Assembly: GCF_016127575.1 (NCBI RefSeq)
Contig: NZ_CP066020.1
Location: 90,001-122,000 of the forward strand
Direction of reading: 5' to 3'
From: Cupriavidus necator
GTDB lineage: Bacteria > Pseudomonadota > Gammaproteobacteria > Burkholderiales > Burkholderiaceae
DNA length: 32,000 nucleotides
Shown: piece by piece, positions 26,980 through 32,000 of the stretch
Layout: the number at the start of each line of letters is the position of its first letter
Position numbering within the stretch: the first letter of the stretch is position 1
Notes under the pieces: generated by a model
Databases searched by the model: none
What the model was told of the DNA's origin: nothing
The model's input: the letters and a program-made list of their open reading frames with translations, nothing else
Position numbers and translations under genes: made by a program

Positions 26980-27942
26980 ATGTGCACCAACTGTGGCTGC
27001 GCCGCCGGCGAAACCCGCATCGAAGGCCAGGAGCTGGAGCATGTCGACGAGCATGCGCATGCCGACGGCACCGTCCATGGCCACGCCCCCCATCATCACG
27101 GCGAGCACGATCACGACCACGGCCCTGCCTACCGTGCCGTGCGCGGTACTGACCATCTGCATTACGGTCACGGACCCGCTGGTGCCCATGCCCCAGGCAT
27201 GAGCCAGGCGCGCATGGTGAAGATCGAGCAGGACATCCTGGGCAAGAACAACGCCTACGCGGCGCAGAACCGCCGCTGGTTCGACGAGCACGGCGTGTTC
27301 GCGCTGAACTTCGTCTCGAGCCCCGGCTCCGGGAAGACCACCCTGCTGGTGCGCACCATCGAGGCGCTGAAGTCCACCTCCAGGCTGGCCGTCATCGAAG
27401 GCGACCAGCAGACTTCCTTCGATGCCGAGCGCATCCGCGCCACCGGCGTGCAGGCGCTGCAGATCAACACCGGCAAGGGCTGCCACCTGGATGCCCACAT
27501 GGTGGGCCACGCGCTGGAGAAACTGCGGCCGGAGGACGAGAGCGTGCTGCTGATCGAGAACGTGGGCAACCTGGTCTGCCCTTCGGCCTTCGACCTGGGC
27601 GAAGCCCACAAGGTGGTGATCCTTTCGGTCACCGAAGGGGAGGACAAGCCCCTGAAATATCCTGACATGTTCCGCGCCGCCAGCCTGATGCTGCTCAACA
27701 AGTGCGACCTGCTGCCGCACCTGTCCTTCGACGTGGAGAGGGCCATCGAGTATGCGAAGCGGGTGAATCCGGACCTGCACGTGATCCGGACCTCGTCCGC
27801 CACCGGTGAAGGCTTCGACGCATGGCTGACGTGGATTGCCGATGGCCTGGCCGGCCAGGCCGCCAGGCGCAGCCAGAGCATGGAGCTACTGCGCAGCCGC
27901 ATCGCCGGGCTGGAAGCGCAACTGGCGGCGCTCAAGGTGTAG
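26980..27942 (+). CDS. hypB2: Nickel-binding GTPase HypB
   Basis: MCTNCGC; His-rich [28 protein letters not shown]; P-loop SSPGSGKTT; [10 protein letters not shown]. Confidence 0.92.
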   Translation: MCTNCGCAAGETRIEGQELEHVDEHAHADGTVHGHAPHHHGEHDHDHGPAYRAVRGTDHLHYGHGPAGAHAPGMSQARMVKIEQDILGKNNAYAAQNRRWFDEHGVFALNFVSSPGSGKTTLLVRTIEALKSTSRLAVIEGDQQTSFDAERIRATGVQALQINTGKGCHLDAHMVGHALEKLRPEDESVLLIENVGNLVCPSAFDLGEAHKVVILSVTEGEDKPLKYPDMFRAASLMLLNKCDLLPHLSFDVERAIEYAKRVNPDLHVIRTSSATGEGFDAWLTWIADGLAGQAARRSQSMELLRSRIAGLEAQLAALKV

Positions 27943-27947
27943 CGGCC

Positions 27948-30371
27948 ATGCTGATGCCGCGCCGTCCTCGCAATCCGCGCACCGTCCGCATCCGCATCCG
28001 CGTGCGCGGCGTCGTGCAGGGCGTGGGCTTCCGGCCCTTCGTCTATCGCCTGGCGCGGGAGCTGGGCCTCGCCGGCTGGGTGCGCAACGACGGCGCCGGC
28101 GTGGACATCGAGGCCCAAGGGAGCGCCGCGGCCCTCGTCGAGCTGCGCGAGCGCCTGCGCCGCGACGCGCCGCCCCTGGCGCGGGTGGATGAGATCGGTG
28201 AGGAACGCTGTGCGGCACAGGTTGACGCCGACGGCTTTGCCATCCTCGAGAGCAGCCGTTCCGATGCCGCCGTGCACACCGCCATCGGCCACGACACGGC
28301 CGTATGCCCCGACTGCCTGGCGGAGCTGTTCGACCCCGCGAACCGGCGCTACCGCTACGCCTTCATCAACTGCACCCAGTGCGGCCCGCGCTACACCCTG
28401 ACGTGGGCGCTGCCCTACGACCGCGCCACCACCAGCATGGCGCCGTTCCCCCAGTGCCGGCCCTGTCTCGACGAGTATAACGCACCCGAGCATCGCCGCT
28501 TCCACGCCGAGCCCAACGCCTGTCCGGACTGTGGCCCCAGCCTGGCGCTGCTCAATGCCCAGGGCATGCCGGTCGAGGACGTTGATCCGATCGCCGAGAC
28601 GGTGGCGCGCCTGCAGCGGGGCGAGATCGTCGCCATCAAGGGCCTTGGGGGCTTCCATCTCGCCTGTGACGCGCACAATGCCGACGCGGTGGCGCGGCTG
28701 CGCAGCCGCAAGCAGCGCGAGGAGAAGCCCTTCGCCGTCATGGTCGCGAACCTGGCGACGGCGGCGCAGTGGGGCGACATCGGCAGCGGTGAAGCGGCCC
28801 TGCTCACGGCGTCGGAGCGGCCCATCGTTCTGCTGCGCAAGCGCAGCGGCGTCGATGGGCGGTTCGCGGGCGTGGCGCCGGGACTGGTCTGGCTGGGCGT
28901 CATGCTGCCGTACACGCCGCTCCAGTATCTGCTGTTCCACGAGGCCGCTGGCCGCCCCGAGGGCCTCGGCTGGCTCGCCCAGCCGCAGTCGCTGGTGCTG
29001 GTGATGACCAGCGCCAACCCCGGCGGCGAGCCCTTGGTCACCGGCAACGACGAGGCGGCGCAGCGGCTCACTGGCATCGCCGACGCTTTCCTGCTCCACG
29101 ATCGCGAGATCCTGGTGCGTTGTGACGATTCGGTGGTGAGGGGCGACGGCGAACCAGCGCCTCACGTCCAGTTCATTCGCCGCGCGCGGGGTTACACGCC
29201 GCGGGCGATCAAGCTGGCGCGCAGCGGCCCCTCGGTGCTGGCGCTGGGCGGCTCCTTCAAGAACACGGTGTGCCTGACGCGCGGCGACGAGGCCTTCGTC
29301 TCTCAGCATGTGGGCGATCTCGGCAACGCTGCCACCTGCGAGGCCCTGATCGAGGCGGTGGCCCATCTGCAGCGGGTGCTGGAGATCCGGCCGCAGCTCG
29401 TCGCCCACGATCTGCATCCGGACTTCTTCAGCACACGCCACGCAGCGGAGCTGGCGGCGCAATGGGGGGTGCCTGCCGTCGCCGTGCAGCACCATCATGC
29501 CCATATTGCGGCGGTGCTGGCCGAGCACGGCTCGGACGAACCCGCCATCGGCCTGGCGCTGGACGGCGTCGGCCTGGGCGACGACGGGCAGGCGTGGGGT
29601 GGCGAACTGCTGCTGGTGGACGGCGGCGCCTGTAAGCGCCTCGGTCACTTGCGCGAGCTGCCGCTACCTGGCGGCGATCGCGCCGCGCGGGAGCCCTGGC
29701 GCATGGCCGCTGCGGCGCTGCATGCGATGGGCCGCGGCGAGGAGATCGAGGGGCGCTTCCCGCGGCAGCCGGGGGCGCCGATGGTGAACCGCATGCTGGC
29801 CCAGCGGCTTAACGCGCCCCTCTCCTCCAGCATGGGCCGCTGGTTCGACGCCGCCGCCGGCCTGCTCGGCACACGGGAAACCATGGCCTACGAGGGGCAG
29901 GCGGCGATGCTGCTGGAAGGGTTGGCCGAGAGCTGGGGCGAGCAACCGTCGCCGGGCCGCCCCAAGACGGTTGCTCACTCCCTCGGGGGGGTGCCGCGCA
30001 GCGGCGGGGGTACATACAAGGCGCTGGCGCTGCCCGATGCCTGGCGCATCGATGCGGGCAACACCCTGGATCTGCTGCCGCTGCTCGAGGCGCTGTCCGC
30101 CGAAACGAATGCCGCGCGCGGCGCGGCACAGTTCCACGCCACCCTGGTGGCGGCGCTGGAAGCCTGGACCGTCGCGACCGTCCAGGTCACCGGCGTGCGC
30201 ACGGTCGTCTTCGGCGGCGGCTGCTTCCTCAACCACATCCTCGCCCGCAACCTGTGCCGGCGCCTGGCGGCGCGGGGACTGACCGTGCTGACAGCGCGCC
30301 AGCTGCCGCCCAATGACGGAGGCATTGCCCTCGGTCAGGTCTGGGTGGCGCTGCAGCGGGCGCCCAACTGA
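27948..30371 (+). CDS. hypF2: Carbamoyltransferase HypF, full length
   Basis: ATG 27948, 5 nt after the hypB2 stop. [18 protein letters not shown]; CPDCLAELFDPANRRYRYAFINCTQCGPR; CRPCLDEYNAPEHRRFHAEPNACPDCGP; GEIVAIKGLGGFHLACDA. Confidence 0.92.
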   Translation: MLMPRRPRNPRTVRIRIRVRGVVQGVGFRPFVYRLARELGLAGWVRNDGAGVDIEAQGSAAALVELRERLRRDAPPLARVDEIGEERCAAQVDADGFAILESSRSDAAVHTAIGHDTAVCPDCLAELFDPANRRYRYAFINCTQCGPRYTLTWALPYDRATTSMAPFPQCRPCLDEYNAPEHRRFHAEPNACPDCGPSLALLNAQGMPVEDVDPIAETVARLQRGEIVAIKGLGGFHLACDAHNADAVARLRSRKQREEKPFAVMVANLATAAQWGDIGSGEAALLTASERPIVLLRKRSGVDGRFAGVAPGLVWLGVMLPYTPLQYLLFHEAAGRPEGLGWLAQPQSLVLVMTSANPGGEPLVTGNDEAAQRLTGIADAFLLHDREILVRCDDSVVRGDGEPAPHVQFIRRARGYTPRAIKLARSGPSVLALGGSFKNTVCLTRGDEAFVSQHVGDLGNAATCEALIEAVAHLQRVLEIRPQLVAHDLHPDFFSTRHAAELAAQWGVPAVAVQHHHAHIAAVLAEHGSDEPAIGLALDGVGLGDDGQAWGGELLLVDGGACKRLGHLRELPLPGGDRAAREPWRMAAAALHAMGRGEEIEGRFPRQPGAPMVNRMLAQRLNAPLSSSMGRWFDAAAGLLGTRETMAYEGQAAMLLEGLAESWGEQPSPGRPKTVAHSLGGVPRSGGGTYKALALPDAWRIDAGNTLDLLPLLEALSAETNAARGAAQFHATLVAALEAWTVATVQVTGVRTVVFGGGCFLNHILARNLCRRLAARGLTVLTARQLPPNDGGIALGQVWVALQRAPN

Positions 30372-30385
30372 CGAGAGGGTAGAAC

Positions 30386-30460
30386 ATGTGCCTGGCCATA
30401 CCTGCACGCATCGCGAAAAAATTTGACAACGACATGGCCCTCATCGACCTGGGCGGCGTG
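30386..30460 (+). pseudogene. hypC: hypC stub: the first 25 codons only, then interrupted by an IS end
   Basis: ATG 30386 lies 14 nt after the hypF2 stop. MCLAIPARIAKKFDNDMALIDLGGV is a canonical HypC N-terminus. From 30461 the frame reads IS sequence (GSGQKRGANPSGKGSIVY*). Confidence 0.8.
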
Positions 30461-30534
30461 GGGAGTGGCCAAAAACGGGGGGCAAATCCGTCAGGAAAGG
30501 GGTCTATTGTGTACTGAGACTACCGGAGACCGCC

Positions 30535-31725
30535 ATGCGCATCTCGATCCAAGCCTGTATTGAGCGGGCGGGCGAACAGCCCTCTAAGGTGATTGAAGTT
30601 GCGGTGATCGAGCGCAATGCCGATGTCGCTCCGGCCTCAGGACTGGGCCTGTTCATTCGCGAGTCACAAGAGATCCTGCGACAGCTTCAGACTGTGGTCT
30701 TGACCGAGCAGGTGGACCAGTTCATCCGGATTACCGGTCGCTGTCAACTGTGCGGAGGCAGGCTTGTCATCAAGGACACAAAATCCTTGGTCTATCGCAC
30801 CGCTTTTGGCAAGGCGAGGCTGCGAAGCCCGCGCTTTTACTCTTACTGCAGCGCATGCGGTTACTGCTCAAGTAACAAGGGCACGCTTTCCCCGCTGGCA
30901 CAGGCGTTACCAGAACGCGTACATCCCCAGTGGACCTGGCTGCAGTGCCGATATGCAAGCGTGATGTCTTATCGTTTGGCACAGATCTTTCTACGCGACG
31001 CGTTTGCCGGCGGACGGGAACTCCCATGCTCGAGCGTTAAGTTGAATGTAGGCCGGGTCGGGCAGCGGCTGGAGCAAGAGGCGCAACGTGCAACGATGGT
31101 GATGTCGGCTGTGACCGCGCCACCGCGAAGCTCGCCATTAACCGGGACGCCGATTGGTCTGCAGATCGATGCAGGTTATATCAAGACGCCGCGGCAGCAG
31201 GATGGTAAGCGATGGACTCCCGTGGTCGCCTCCAAGCTGATTTGGCCCAAGACTCCTCGTACCCATGCGCATGCCTACGCAGTAGGGCATGACCCTAGCC
31301 AAGGGCTGCGTCAGCAGGCGTTCTTACAGTCTGTTGGCATCGGGCCCCAGGCCCCGGTCACAGTCATCAGTGATGGCGGCGATGATATTAGTTTCGCGTG
31401 CAAGTTGCCATCGGCAACGGCCCGCGTGCTGGACTGGTATCACATTGGCATGCACAAAGCGAAATGGCTGTTGTGGCACGGTGAGTCGAAGCGGTGCTTG
31501 GAGAGGCTGGAGTCGCTGCGACGGGACACAGGTTGGGTTGGCGCTCGCAATCCACTAGGACGCGTGATTCGTTACCTTCGCTGTTGCTCTCGCTATCTCG
31601 CAAACTATCAGCAGCGGCGGGCTCAGGGGCTGCCGATTTCAAGCGCGGGAGCAGAATCGGTGGTCGACTATGTCATTGGCCAGCGCATGAAAAGGAACGG
31701 GCACATGCGATGGACGATTCTTTGA
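30535..31725 (+). CDS. ISKra4-family-like DDE transposase, apparently missing its normal C-terminus (possible pseudogene)
   Basis: MRISIQACIERAGEQPSKVIEVAVIERN...CQLCGGRLVIKDTKSLVYRTAFGKARLRSPRFYSYCSACG...LSPLAQALPERVHPQWTWLQCRYASVMSYRLA fits the ISKra4-type N-terminal pattern I recall. The ORF stops right after ...GQRMKRNGHMRWTIL. Confidence 0.7.
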   Translation: MRISIQACIERAGEQPSKVIEVAVIERNADVAPASGLGLFIRESQEILRQLQTVVLTEQVDQFIRITGRCQLCGGRLVIKDTKSLVYRTAFGKARLRSPRFYSYCSACGYCSSNKGTLSPLAQALPERVHPQWTWLQCRYASVMSYRLAQIFLRDAFAGGRELPCSSVKLNVGRVGQRLEQEAQRATMVMSAVTAPPRSSPLTGTPIGLQIDAGYIKTPRQQDGKRWTPVVASKLIWPKTPRTHAHAYAVGHDPSQGLRQQAFLQSVGIGPQAPVTVISDGGDDISFACKLPSATARVLDWYHIGMHKAKWLLWHGESKRCLERLESLRRDTGWVGARNPLGRVIRYLRCCSRYLANYQQRRAQGLPISSAGAESVVDYVIGQRMKRNGHMRWTIL

Positions 31726-31782
31726 GCACGCGTTCACGCAGCCGGTTCTTCGAGTATGCATCAGTGCCACGCAGACCTCGGA

Positions 31783-31863
31783 GTGCCATGAGGAGGTTCT
31801 CGAATCGTCCTCGCCGTTGAGAACGGCACATCGAACCTGCAGTAGTCCATTGGCTCCACACAT
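31783..31863 (-). other. Transposase C-terminal-like motif encoded on the opposite strand inside the same IS
   Basis: The - strand reads MCGANGLLQVRCAVLNGEDDSRTSSWH. In related transposases a GA..LLq.R.a.LNG motif, as I recall it, follows directly after the M.W residues that end the + strand ORF. Confidence 0.35.
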
Positions 31864-32000
31864 GCCATATGCGGTTGTGGACTGTACGGTATAAACCGCG
31901 CCCCCGCGTTTGGCCACTCCCATTTCGATATTGGCGGAAACTGTGACCGCCATTGGCGGAAATATCGATCTGCAACAGAAAGTTCCGGTTCCTGAAAGGT

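Larger units (their letters stand above)
30461..31921 (+). mobile_element. ISKra4-like insertion sequence (~1461 bp) bounded by imperfect inverted repeats
   Basis: Left end GGGAGTGGCCAAAAACGGGGGG (30461-). The reverse complement of 31900-31921 is GGGAGTGGCCAAACGCGGGGGC. The first 13 positions are identical and 19 of the first 21 match. No direct repeat flanks the element. Confidence 0.7.

Noticed and set aside
31922-31970. Direct repeat attggcggaaa (31929-31939 and 31951-31961) bracketed by tcgatat/atatcga just outside the IS right end, and a weak resemblance of FDIGGN to HypC IDLGGV.
   Set aside because: It is too short and lies at the window edge. The reading frame does not continue as HypC. 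I cannot distinguish a binding site from chance without flanking sequence.
1-32000. Scan for CRISPR arrays, rRNA/tRNA genes and long tandem or dispersed repeats.
   Set aside because: I found no regularly spaced direct repeats and no rRNA/tRNA-like segments. The only repeats are the IS terminal repeats, target duplications, the paralogous hyp genes and the short repeats listed above.

Overview
High-GC betaproteobacterial DNA. From memory only (no search was possible), I recognise it as the hydrogenase region of a Cupriavidus necator (Ralstonia eutropha) H16-type megaplasmid, pHG1-like. It has three blocks. (i) nt 1-13855, + strand: one tightly coupled gene array. It holds the group 1h/5 'actinobacterial-type' [NiFe]-hydrogenase small subunit (5' end cut by the window edge) and large subunit, five conserved genes of unknown function, a maturation endopeptidase and a 33-codon micro-ORF. 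These are followed by hypF3-hypC2-(SIS-domain gene)-hypD2-hypE2-hypA3-hypB3. (ii) nt ~13.9-19.1 kb: a decay zone. It contains an orphan tctA pseudogene with two frameshifts, a 5'-truncated sensor kinase, the tail of a group II intron maturase, a frameshifted and truncated tyrosine recombinase, an IS3 orfA stub, and two IS91-family transposase fragments fused head to head. (iii) nt 19456-30460: the sigma54-type promoter and the NAD-reducing soluble hydrogenase operon hoxFUYHW-[IS]-hoxI-hypA2-hypB2-hypF2. A 1313-bp ISL3-family element with an 8-bp target duplication is inserted exactly at the hoxW stop codon. The operon ends in a 25-codon hypC stub cut by an ISKra4-like IS (30461-31921) whose transposase 3' end looks rearranged. 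I found no rRNA, tRNA or CRISPR array. The least explained content is the unknown-function module (2689-6677) and the SIS-domain gene embedded in the group 1h hydrogenase cluster. Many long antisense ORFs in the track are high-GC artefacts.
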